Shown here one piece after another: positions 18,083 through 25,906 of a stretch of DNA of 37,971 bases; position 1 is the stretch's first letter; the number at the start of each line of letters is the position of its first letter. The notes under the pieces were generated by a model. It had not been told where the DNA came from. It did not search any database and saw nothing but the letters and a program-made list of their open reading frames with translations. A program made the position numbers and the translations under genes. Source of the stretch: a bacterium (GTDB taxonomy: Bacteria; Acidobacteriota; Blastocatellia; HR10); the NCBI GenBank assembly GCA_041640655.1, contig JBEPZV010000023.1, positions 1 through 37,971 on the forward strand, read 5' to 3'.

Positions 18083-18627
18083 GAGCGCTCTCCCTCCGGG
18101 GATGTGCCCACGTTCATTATATCACGCCGCGGGGGCTCATCCCCGTGCGCGGTCTCCCCGCTGAGCGTCTCCACTGCATGTCGCAGGACGCTGCGAATCG
18201 CGGCGAACCCCTCGCGCGCGCCTCGAACGCTCCCGGGCAAGTTGATGATGAGCGTGCCGGCGCGGATGCCGGCCACACCCCGAGAGAGCATGGCGAAGGG
18301 CGTGCTCTCCAGCACTCCCTTCAGGCGAATGGCCTCCGGGATCCCCGGAACCTCGCGCTCGATGACATCGCGCGTCGCTTCCGGCGTGTGATCGCGCGGG
18401 GAGAGCCCCGTCCCTCCCGTCGTGAGGATGAGGTTCACATCGGCGCGTTCGGCATAATCGAGCAATCGCCGGGCGATCATCGGTCGATCATCCGGGAGCA
18501 CTTCGGCCGCGATGATCTCCGCGCCCAGGCGTTGCAATTCCTCGATCAGAGCGGGGCCGGAGAGGTCCTCGCGCTCTCCGCGCGCCGCGCTATCGCTGAT
18601 GGTCAAGACGACGGCTCGAATCTTCAT
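18079..18627 (-). CDS. MogA/MoaB family molybdenum cofactor biosynthesis protein
   Basis: LTISD..REDLSGP, TTGGTGLSPRDHTPEAT, MLSRGVAG, INLPGS. Confidence 0.93.
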   Translation of the reverse strand: MKIRAVVLTISDSAARGEREDLSGPALIEELQRLGAEIIAAEVLPDDRPMIARRLLDYAERADVNLILTTGGTGLSPRDHTPEATRDVIEREVPGIPEAIRLKGVLESTPFAMLSRGVAGIRAGTLIINLPGSVRGAREGFAAIRSVLRHAVETLSGETAHGDEPPRRDIMNVGTSPEGERS

Positions 18628-18636
18628 GCGTCCTCC

Positions 18637-19293
18637 TCACATCGAACGCGCGTTCCCGTCGATCGAAGAAGCGGTGAGGGGCCCCTCGCCTGCGGCTTCC
18701 GATCGCCTTCGCTTGGCCTCGGCGGCCCTCTCATGCTGAGCGGCGATCGGCTCGCCGCTGAATCGCTGCTGAAACTCCGGCGCTTGCTTCCGCAGCTCGA
18801 TCCAGACCTCGAAGGTCTCCGGAGCAGACGCCCAGAGCGCGAACCATTCGGCGATCTCCATCTTGATCGCGCGCGCGCGCTCATCCTTCGCTCGGCGCGC
18901 CGCCGCGCGCGCCCGTCGGCTCCCCAGTCGCGCCACCGCGCGCGCATACGCGATCCCCTTTCCATCTCCGCGCTCCTTGAACGCGCGATGGAGGCGGCTC
19001 AGTTCGCGCAGCGAGCGCTCGGCGTGCTCCAGCGTCTCGAATTTCAGGACGCCCTCGAACTGCCCCGCATATTCCTCATCGAACGCGGGCGCCGCGAAGG
19101 GCCCAGTCACCAGGACCCGATACCCCGCTGCGCGCAGGACGTCCACAATGTATCCCTCCGAAGGGCATTCGGCCTCTCCCAGCTCCTGACGCAATCGCGC
19201 TTTCAGACGTTGCAGCTCGGCTTCGCCGACGCGCTCCGGAGCCAGCTCCGCGCACAGGCGCAGGATCGCTTCTTTCTTCGTCCGTCGGCTCAT
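18637..19293 (-). CDS. Hypothetical helical, Arg/Ala-rich protein
   Basis: 218-aa ORF co-oriented 9 nt upstream of mog. Protein-like core (KMEIAEWFALWASAPETFEVWIELRK). TAAAAT at 19315-19320 upstream on the minus strand. Confidence 0.7.
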   Translation of the reverse strand: MSRRTKKEAILRLCAELAPERVGEAELQRLKARLRQELGEAECPSEGYIVDVLRAAGYRVLVTGPFAAPAFDEEYAGQFEGVLKFETLEHAERSLRELSRLHRAFKERGDGKGIAYARAVARLGSRRARAAARRAKDERARAIKMEIAEWFALWASAPETFEVWIELRKQAPEFQQRFSGEPIAAQHERAAEAKRRRSEAAGEGPLTASSIDGNARSM

Positions 19294-19347
19294 CGGTGAT
19301 CGTCCCGACGTGGCATTTTAGCGGAAAACGGAATACAATGGCACGCC

Positions 19348-20622
19348 ATGCGAGCATCGAAACGCATCCTCCTCTACGGCGGTCGCCTGGTGCTCCCGGA
19401 TCGCCTCGTGGAGCCAGGATGGGTGGTGATTCAGGACGGGACGATCCTCGACGTCTCCGCGGCCGAGCGGCTTCCCTCGGCCGACGAGTGCTGGGACGTG
19501 CAGGGGGGGTATGTAGGGCCTGGGCTGATTGATCTGCATATTCACGGCTCGGCGGGCGTGGACCTGCTCACCGCGACGGCCGACGATCTGTGGCGTTGGG
19601 CGCGCTTTCTGCTCCGACATGGTGTGACGCGATTCCTGCCGACGACGGTACCGGCCGATCCGGCGCAGTACGCGCGGGTGCGCGCCGTCTTGGCCGAATA
19701 CGTCCCGGAGCAAGATCGAGACCCTGGCGCGGCGTCCATTCTCGGCGTGCATTTCGAAGGGCCTTTCGTCAGCCCGCGCCGGCCTGGAGCGCTCAATCCG
19801 CGCTTCTTCCGCACGTTTCGCTCCCTTCGCGACGTGGAGGAGCTGCTGGCGTGGGACATTCCGGCGCGTCCCTTCGTGCGGATGATGACGCTGGCGCCTG
19901 AGATCGAGGGCGGGCTCGCGCTCATCGAGGAGTTGCAGCGGCGCGGATTCCGTCTGGCGATCGGTCATAGCGAGGCCTCGTTCGAGCTGTGCGAGGCCGC
20001 GGCCGGCCGAGGCGCTGCGCACGTCACGCATTTCCCCAATGCGCTGGCGCCGCTGCATCATCGTCAGCTCGGGGTCATCGGATGGGCCTTGCTCTCGGAG
20101 ACGGTCACGCTCGATCTCATCGCCGATGGCCATCACCTCGATCCCCGAATGATCGCCCTCGTGCGAAGGGTCGTGGGGAGCGATCGTCTCGCCCTCATCA
20201 GTGATGCCATCGCCGCCACCGGTTTGGGCGATGGCCGCTATGAGATCTGGGGAGAAACGATCCGCGTCGTGAACGGACGCACGGAGAATGCGGCCGGGAA
20301 TCTCGCCGGATCGGTCATCACGCTGCTCGATGCCGTGCGCCACCTCGTGCAGTGGGGCATTCCTCTGCCGGAAGCCATCCGCATGGCCACGCTTGTGCCC
20401 GCACGCGTCCTCGGCCTGGATGGAGAGTTCGGCTCACTCGCGCCGGGGAAGCGCGCCGACCTGCTCGTGCTGGACGAACAGCTCCGGCCCCGACTCGTCG
20501 TGCACGAGGGGGAGATCGTCCGCTTCCCGGAAGATTCGTCGGCTCCTCCCCTCGCGCGTGAGGCGACCGGAGCGCGTCCATCGCGGGAGCACGTCATTTC
20601 TCCGCCACGAGAAGATGGTTGA
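19348..20622 (+). CDS. nagA: N-acetylglucosamine-6-phosphate deacetylase
   Basis: PGLIDLHIHG, GVHFEGPF, TLAPE, GHS, HVTHFPNA, IADGHHL, ISDA, LAGS. Confidence 0.93.
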   Translation: MRASKRILLYGGRLVLPDRLVEPGWVVIQDGTILDVSAAERLPSADECWDVQGGYVGPGLIDLHIHGSAGVDLLTATADDLWRWARFLLRHGVTRFLPTTVPADPAQYARVRAVLAEYVPEQDRDPGAASILGVHFEGPFVSPRRPGALNPRFFRTFRSLRDVEELLAWDIPARPFVRMMTLAPEIEGGLALIEELQRRGFRLAIGHSEASFELCEAAAGRGAAHVTHFPNALAPLHHRQLGVIGWALLSETVTLDLIADGHHLDPRMIALVRRVVGSDRLALISDAIAATGLGDGRYEIWGETIRVVNGRTENAAGNLAGSVITLLDAVRHLVQWGIPLPEAIRMATLVPARVLGLDGEFGSLAPGKRADLLVLDEQLRPRLVVHEGEIVRFPEDSSAPPLAREATGARPSREHVISPPREDG

Positions 20623-21283
20623 TCGGATCACCTTCATCGGGCCAGAGGCGGTCGCCGAGGCCGAAGAGCACGTTCACCAGGGGCGTCAGATGATGCAGCA
20701 CGCGACGCGCGCTGATCGTATTGGCGAGCGCCTGGCCCGCGAGCGCCCACGCTCCCCCTTGCGCCTTCGCCTGAAGGATGCGAAAGCCATGTTCCCGCAT
20801 GAGGTGCACAAGACCGAAGCGGGTGAAACGATAGTAGTCGTGCGGCTCCTCATGCACGCGCCAGTATTGTGGCGCCGTGAGGATCACCCGTCCTCCGGGC
20901 CTGAGCACGCGTCGGATCTCGCTCATGGCCCCCATTGGATTCGGCAGGTGCTCCAACACCTGAATCATGAGCACAGTGTCGAATGCGTCCGCGCGGAAGG
21001 GGAGCCACAGCGCATCGCCAATCACGTCGGGTCGGCTTTGCCGATCGTCCCGGTCCAGGCCGATGTACTCACGCACGAGTGGGGCGAAGAGGTCGCGATA
21101 GGGTTGGTTCCCACAGCCGATGTCCAGCAGGCGCCCGCGCGCATAGTGGCGACAGTGCTGGAGATCACGCACAAGGAGGCGCATGCTCAGATAATCGGCA
21201 TCGCGCCAGGAGATCGCAGCGTGCGTCCGGTGCCTCCGCATCTGGCGCGCATCGCTGCACTCACGGATGTTCGCCCTCGACAT
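20594..21283 (-). CDS. Class I SAM-dependent methyltransferase
   Basis: LLDIGCG, GDALWLPF, VLEHLPNP, LRPGG, HEEPHDYYRFT. Start overlaps the flippase stop. Confidence 0.88.
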   Translation of the reverse strand: MSRANIRECSDARQMRRHRTHAAISWRDADYLSMRLLVRDLQHCRHYARGRLLDIGCGNQPYRDLFAPLVREYIGLDRDDRQSRPDVIGDALWLPFRADAFDTVLMIQVLEHLPNPMGAMSEIRRVLRPGGRVILTAPQYWRVHEEPHDYYRFTRFGLVHLMREHGFRILQAKAQGGAWALAGQALANTISARRVLHHLTPLVNVLFGLGDRLWPDEGDPINHLLVAEK

Positions 21284-22781
21284 GAGAGGCCTCCGATGAG
21301 GAGCGCATCATGCGGACGATGAGGCCGAAGCTCGTGCGTATCTCCAGAAGCCACGTTCGCCCTTCCAGCAGCAAGAGGGAAGCTGGATACGCGAGCCCAC
21401 CCAGCGCTGCGATCACCAGCAGCGACGGGAGATCGCCGACGAGGCGTTCGGCGAGCGCTCGAAGCGTGAGGAACGTCATCACGCCAGCCATCGCCGGGCG
21501 AACGAGCGCGTAGGTCCAGTTCACCGAAGCGATCGTCGAGAGCGCGCGGATGAGCCCGATCACCGGCACCCAGACGCTCACGCCATAGGCGATCGCCACG
21601 CCCGTGAATCCGGAGATCGAGATCAACACCAGCGCCAGCGCCCAATCGCTCGCCGTCCAGAGCAAGAGGAGCTGCAGCGCCTGGCGCGGGCGGCCCAGCG
21701 CGTTGAGCGCCGCCACCAACGGCGTCGTGACCGTGCCGCCCAACATCCGCACGGCGAATCCGTAGAAGGCGGGGACGGCCGGAGCCCATTTCTCGGTATA
21801 CAGGAACGCCACGATCCATGGGATCAATCCCGCCGTCACGGCCAGCATCGGTGTCGTCACGAGCATCAGTGCGCGCAGCATCTTCTCGAGCAGGCGGCCG
21901 AAGGCCTCGCGATCCTCGCGCACGCGGGAGAGCGAGGGGAAGCTCACGCGGCCAAGAGCTTCCGTGAACACCTGGCTGACTTGATACGCCACGCCGTGCG
22001 CCCAGTTCAGATAGCCCACGGCGCGCGGGCCAAAGAGCGGCCCGGCCAGAAGCGAAGCGAGGTGATCGCGCAAGAGTGAGGTCCAGGCTCCCACTTGGAA
22101 GGGCGCGCCGAATCGCACCGAGGCGCGCAGCACCGGACGATCCAACGCGAACCCCATCGGCCAGGGCGCCGAGGCCCAGAGCAAGAACGCGCGCACGCCT
22201 TCACCGGCGAGCGCCGCGCCGGCGAAACTCCAGACGCCATATCCGGCATGAGCCAGCCCGATGGCCACGAGGTGGAAGGCGAGGGTGGCCAGCACTTCGA
22301 TTCGAGCCAGGCGCGGATAGGCCAGCGCGCGTTCCAGCAGCATCGCCGAGATCGAGCCGAGGACGCTGAGCGGGAGCATCAGCGCGAACCAGGGGAGGAC
22401 GCGACGCGAAGGCCCGCTCAAGCGGAAGAGTTCGGCCAGCCACGGCGTCGCGACAAGAAGGAGCAAGACCAGGAGAACGGCCAGCAGCAGCCGAGCCGTG
22501 AGCGCCGTCCGGAGTTCGCGATGCGTTGGTGGATCGCGCTGTTGAATCAGCGCAGCCATCAATCCCACATCGGTGAAGAGCATGGCCGTTGAGACGAGGA
22601 ACATCGCGATGGCGTAAGCGCCGAAGTCCGCGGGCGCGAGCCATCGCGCCAGCAGGATGTTCGCCAGCAGCCGGAGCGGAAGCAGAATCGCGTGCCGCAG
22701 GAACAGGGCGATCGCTCCCCGAGTCGTGCGCTCGGCGATCACTGCGAACGCTGAAGCCTTATCGCACTCTCGGGCGGCCAT
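21261..22781 (-). CDS. Wzx-type oligosaccharide flippase (PST family)
   Basis: LARWLAPADFGAY, DVGLMAALIQ, GYGVWS, VSFPSLSR, many TM segments. Confidence 0.88.
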   Translation of the reverse strand: MAARECDKASAFAVIAERTTRGAIALFLRHAILLPLRLLANILLARWLAPADFGAYAIAMFLVSTAMLFTDVGLMAALIQQRDPPTHRELRTALTARLLLAVLLVLLLLVATPWLAELFRLSGPSRRVLPWFALMLPLSVLGSISAMLLERALAYPRLARIEVLATLAFHLVAIGLAHAGYGVWSFAGAALAGEGVRAFLLWASAPWPMGFALDRPVLRASVRFGAPFQVGAWTSLLRDHLASLLAGPLFGPRAVGYLNWAHGVAYQVSQVFTEALGRVSFPSLSRVREDREAFGRLLEKMLRALMLVTTPMLAVTAGLIPWIVAFLYTEKWAPAVPAFYGFAVRMLGGTVTTPLVAALNALGRPRQALQLLLLWTASDWALALVLISISGFTGVAIAYGVSVWVPVIGLIRALSTIASVNWTYALVRPAMAGVMTFLTLRALAERLVGDLPSLLVIAALGGLAYPASLLLLEGRTWLLEIRTSFGLIVRMMRSSSEASHVEGEHP

Positions 22782-22808
22782 GTGCGACGCTTTATCCTAA
22801 CACAAAGG

Positions 22809-22837
22809 TTGAACGGGGCGAAGAAGTGGCGTATGAT
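22809..22837 (+). promoter_or_regulatory. Sigma70-type promoter for the Rieske-tenA operon
   Basis: TTGAAC-17 nt-TATGAT. Confidence 0.6.
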
Positions 22838-22869
22838 TTCCCCCTCACTTTGGGCGAGGGAGGTGTCCT

Positions 22870-23178
22870 ATGGGACAATTCGTCAAGGTCGCACGGGTGG
22901 AGGAGCTGGCCGCGGGCCAAGTGCGGCTCGTCGAGGTCGAGGGCCGGCGCATCGCCCTCTTCAATCTGGACGGGACCTTCTACGCCATTGACGACACCTG
23001 CCCGCATCGGGGTGGCCCCCTCTCGGAGGGGTTCGTTGAGGGCGACGTCGTCATCTGTCCCTGGCACGGCGCGCGCTTCCGCATCCCGACGGGCGAGGTC
23101 CTCTCCCCTCCCGCGGCGCAGGGCGTCGCCTGTTATCCCGTGCGCGTTCATGGCGGGGAGATTGAGATCGAGGTTTGA
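22870..23178 (+). CDS. Rieske [2Fe-2S] ferredoxin
   Basis: CPHRGGPL..CPWHGARF, GGAGG RBS. Confidence 0.93.
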   Translation: MGQFVKVARVEELAAGQVRLVEVEGRRIALFNLDGTFYAIDDTCPHRGGPLSEGFVEGDVVICPWHGARFRIPTGEVLSPPAAQGVACYPVRVHGGEIEIEV

Positions 23179-23184
23179 AAAGGG

Positions 23185-23862
23185 ATGTCGGGAGAACGCG
23201 TCCCATTCACCGAACAGTTGTGGCGCGAGATCGTCCCGATCTTCGAGGCGATCCTCGCGCATCCCTTCCTCGTGGAGCTGACCGAGGGCACGCTCGAGCG
23301 CCGACGATTCGAGTTCTACGTCGTGCAGGACGCCCTCTATCTCCGAGAGTTCGCGCGAGCACTCTCGCTCGCGGCGGCGAAGGCTCCGGAAGAGGCGTGG
23401 ATCATCCTCTTCAATGAGCATGCAGCCGGAGCGTTGCGCGTCGAGCGCGCGTTGCATGAGAGCTTCTTTCGCGACTTCGGTCTCTCGGAGCCGGTTGTTC
23501 GGGCGACGCCACTGGCGCCGACCGCTCTCGCGTATACGAGCTATCTCGTGGCTGTCGCTTATGCGCGTCCGTTTCACGAAGTGGTGGCGGCGCTGCTGCC
23601 CTGCTACTGGATCTACTGGGAGGTCGGAAAGGCGCTCGAAGCTCGCGGTTCGCCCGATCCGCTCTACGCGCGGTGGATTCGCACCTACGCGAGCGAGGAG
23701 TTCGCCGAGATCGTGCGCGCCGTTTTGGACCTGACCGATCGCCTCGCGCCCGCGCTCGGGGAGCCGGAGCGAGAGGCCATGCGGCGCCATTTCCTCACGA
23801 CGAGCCGATACGAGTGGATGTTCTGGGAGATGGCCTATCGGCTCGAATCCTGGCCGATATGA
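23185..23862 (+). CDS. tenA: Thiaminase II / aminopyrimidine aminohydrolase
   Basis: HPF..L..GTL..F.FY..QD.LYL, LLPCYWIY (catalytic Cys), Y..WI.TY, EWMFWEMAY. Confidence 0.92.
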   Translation: MSGERVPFTEQLWREIVPIFEAILAHPFLVELTEGTLERRRFEFYVVQDALYLREFARALSLAAAKAPEEAWIILFNEHAAGALRVERALHESFFRDFGLSEPVVRATPLAPTALAYTSYLVAVAYARPFHEVVAALLPCYWIYWEVGKALEARGSPDPLYARWIRTYASEEFAEIVRAVLDLTDRLAPALGEPEREAMRRHFLTTSRYEWMFWEMAYRLESWPI

Positions 23863-24377
23863 AGATGTTCATCGCTGCTTTGCTCGGCGCTTGGCTCATG
23901 GGGAGCGTGGTCGTGGCCTTCGTCGCCACGCAGAACTTTCGCATCGTGGACCGCGTCCTGCGCGCGGCGTCGGGACATGCAGAGCTCGCCCGGCGCCTCG
24001 AACCCTTGGGGGCGACCGAAGCGCGCGCCCTCTTGCGTCATCTCGCGTCGGAGATGAATCGCCTCTATTTCCGCGCCTGGGGGTGGGGACAGGTGGGGCT
24101 GGCGCTCCTCATCCTCGGCGGGCTCTGGGGGGGAGGGATTCATGATCGCCTCGCGCGCCTCTGCGTGGCCGCGATGCTCGCTCTGGTTCTCATCACCGTC
24201 CTGCAGATCACGCCGGAGGTCATCGCGCTCGGGCGCCGACTTGACTTCGCGCCGCGACAGCCTCCGCCGCCGGAGTACGCGCGGTTCTGGAGGTTGCACA
24301 CGGCTTATACGCTCTTGGATGTGGTGAAGCTGGGGCTGGGCGTCGTCGCGCTTCTTCGCCTGGCGCGGCTCGCGTGA
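23859..24377 (+). CDS. Four-TM membrane protein (DUF4149-like)
   Basis: ATGA overlap with the tenA stop, four hydrophobic segments, FWRLH motif near the C-terminus. Confidence 0.7.
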   Translation: MKMFIAALLGAWLMGSVVVAFVATQNFRIVDRVLRAASGHAELARRLEPLGATEARALLRHLASEMNRLYFRAWGWGQVGLALLILGGLWGGGIHDRLARLCVAAMLALVLITVLQITPEVIALGRRLDFAPRQPPPPEYARFWRLHTAYTLLDVVKLGLGVVALLRLARLA

Positions 24378-24386
24378 GGTCTCGGT

Positions 24387-25871
24387 TCAGCCTTCGGTCA
24401 GGATCTTGCGCAGCAGCTCGTTGACGAGCTGCGGGTTCGCCCGCCCTTGCGTCTCGCGCATCACCTGACCGACGAAGAACCCGAAGAGCTTCTCCTTTCC
24501 CGCGCGATATTGCTCGACATAGGTGGCGTTGGCCTCAAGGACACGCCGGATGACGGCCTCCAGGTGCGCGGCATCAGTGATCTGCACAAGCCCCTTCTCG
24601 CGCACGATCGCTTCGGCCGATTGACCGCTTCGGAACATCTCCTCAAGGACGGTCTTGGCGATCTTGCCGCTGATCGTCCCCTCGGCGATCAGGCGAATCA
24701 AGCCCGCCAGTCGCTGCGGGGTCACTGGAGAGGCATAGGGTTCGACTCCGGCGGCGCGCGCCAGCCCCATCAGCTCGCTCAGGATCCAATTGGCTGAGGC
24801 GCGCGGATCGCCGGTCTCGCAGACGACGGCCTCGTAGTAATCGGCCAGCGCGCGTGTGCTCGTCAGGGTGGCAGCGTCTTCGATCGAGAGGCCGTACTGC
24901 TCCATGAACCGCCACTTCCGATGATTCGGCAACTCGGGCAGCTCGCGCCGGATCTCTTCGATCCACTCCTCGCTCACAATGAGCGGCGGCAGATCGGGCT
25001 CCGGGAAATAGCGGTAGTCATGCGCCTCCTCCTTGGTGCGCATCACATAGGTTCGACCCTCGGCCTCGTTCCAGAGGCGCGTCTCTTGTACGATCTCGCC
25101 GCCGCTCTCCAGCACCTCGATTTGCCGGTTGATCTCATATTCCAGGGCGCGCTGCAGGAAGCGAAACGAGTTCAGGTTCTTCAACTCGACCTTCGTGCCG
25201 AGCGCGGTCGTCCCCCGCCGGCGCACCGAGACGTTGGCGTCGCAGCGCAGGTTCCCCTCCTCCATGTTCCCCTCGCAGACGTCCACGTACTGGAGCGCCT
25301 GCCGCAGATATTGCATGTAATCGTACGCCTCCCAACTGGAGCGGAAATCGGGCTCGGAGACGATCTCAATGAGCGGGACGCCGCTGCGATTGAACTCGAT
25401 GTAGGAGGCGCGATCCGAGTCGGGCATCCCCTCGTGGATGGATTTGCCGGCGTCTTCCTCAATGTGCAGCCGGCGGATGCGGAAGCGCTTGCGTCGCCAC
25501 ACGATCGGTCGGCCGTGCTCGTCGCGCTCGGCCGTGTCAATCTCCACCTCCCCGTGCTCGGAGAAGGGTTGATCGTATTGCGAGATCTGATAGCCCTTCG
25601 GCAGATCGGGATAGAAGTAGTTCTTCCGCGCGAAGACCGAGACGCGATTGATCCGACAGCCGAGCGCCAGCGCGGCTTTCGCCGCCATGCGCACCGCTTC
25701 GCGGTTCAAGACGGGGAGCGCTCCCGGAAGGCCCAGGCAGACGGGGCAGGTGTGCTCATTGGGCGCTTCCCCGAATCGCGTCGAGCAGCCGCAGAAGATC
25801 TTCGAGCGCGTCTTCAGTTGCGCGTGAATCTCCAGGCCGATGACGGCCTCGTATTCATCCCGCCTCATCAT
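24387..25871 (-). CDS. gatB: Asp-tRNA(Asn)/Glu-tRNA(Gln) amidotransferase subunit B
   Basis: IGLEIHAQL, RKNYFYPDLPKGYQISQ, HIEEDAGK, LRCDANVS, YRYFPEPDLPP. Confidence 0.97.
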   Translation of the reverse strand: MMRRDEYEAVIGLEIHAQLKTRSKIFCGCSTRFGEAPNEHTCPVCLGLPGALPVLNREAVRMAAKAALALGCRINRVSVFARKNYFYPDLPKGYQISQYDQPFSEHGEVEIDTAERDEHGRPIVWRRKRFRIRRLHIEEDAGKSIHEGMPDSDRASYIEFNRSGVPLIEIVSEPDFRSSWEAYDYMQYLRQALQYVDVCEGNMEEGNLRCDANVSVRRRGTTALGTKVELKNLNSFRFLQRALEYEINRQIEVLESGGEIVQETRLWNEAEGRTYVMRTKEEAHDYRYFPEPDLPPLIVSEEWIEEIRRELPELPNHRKWRFMEQYGLSIEDAATLTSTRALADYYEAVVCETGDPRASANWILSELMGLARAAGVEPYASPVTPQRLAGLIRLIAEGTISGKIAKTVLEEMFRSGQSAEAIVREKGLVQITDAAHLEAVIRRVLEANATYVEQYRAGKEKLFGFFVGQVMRETQGRANPQLVNELLRKILTEG

Positions 25872-25906
25872 ACGCCGTTAATTGTAGCAAGCCGCCGTGG
25901 ATGAGG

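Noticed and set aside
15752..18391. 879-aa plus-strand ORF
   Set aside because: Antisense shadow of PBP1A and mog.
22842..22863. CCCTC/GAGGG hairpin over the Rieske SD (RNA thermometer idea)
   Set aside because: Only 5 bp, and the predicted TSS near 22844 falls inside the 5' arm.
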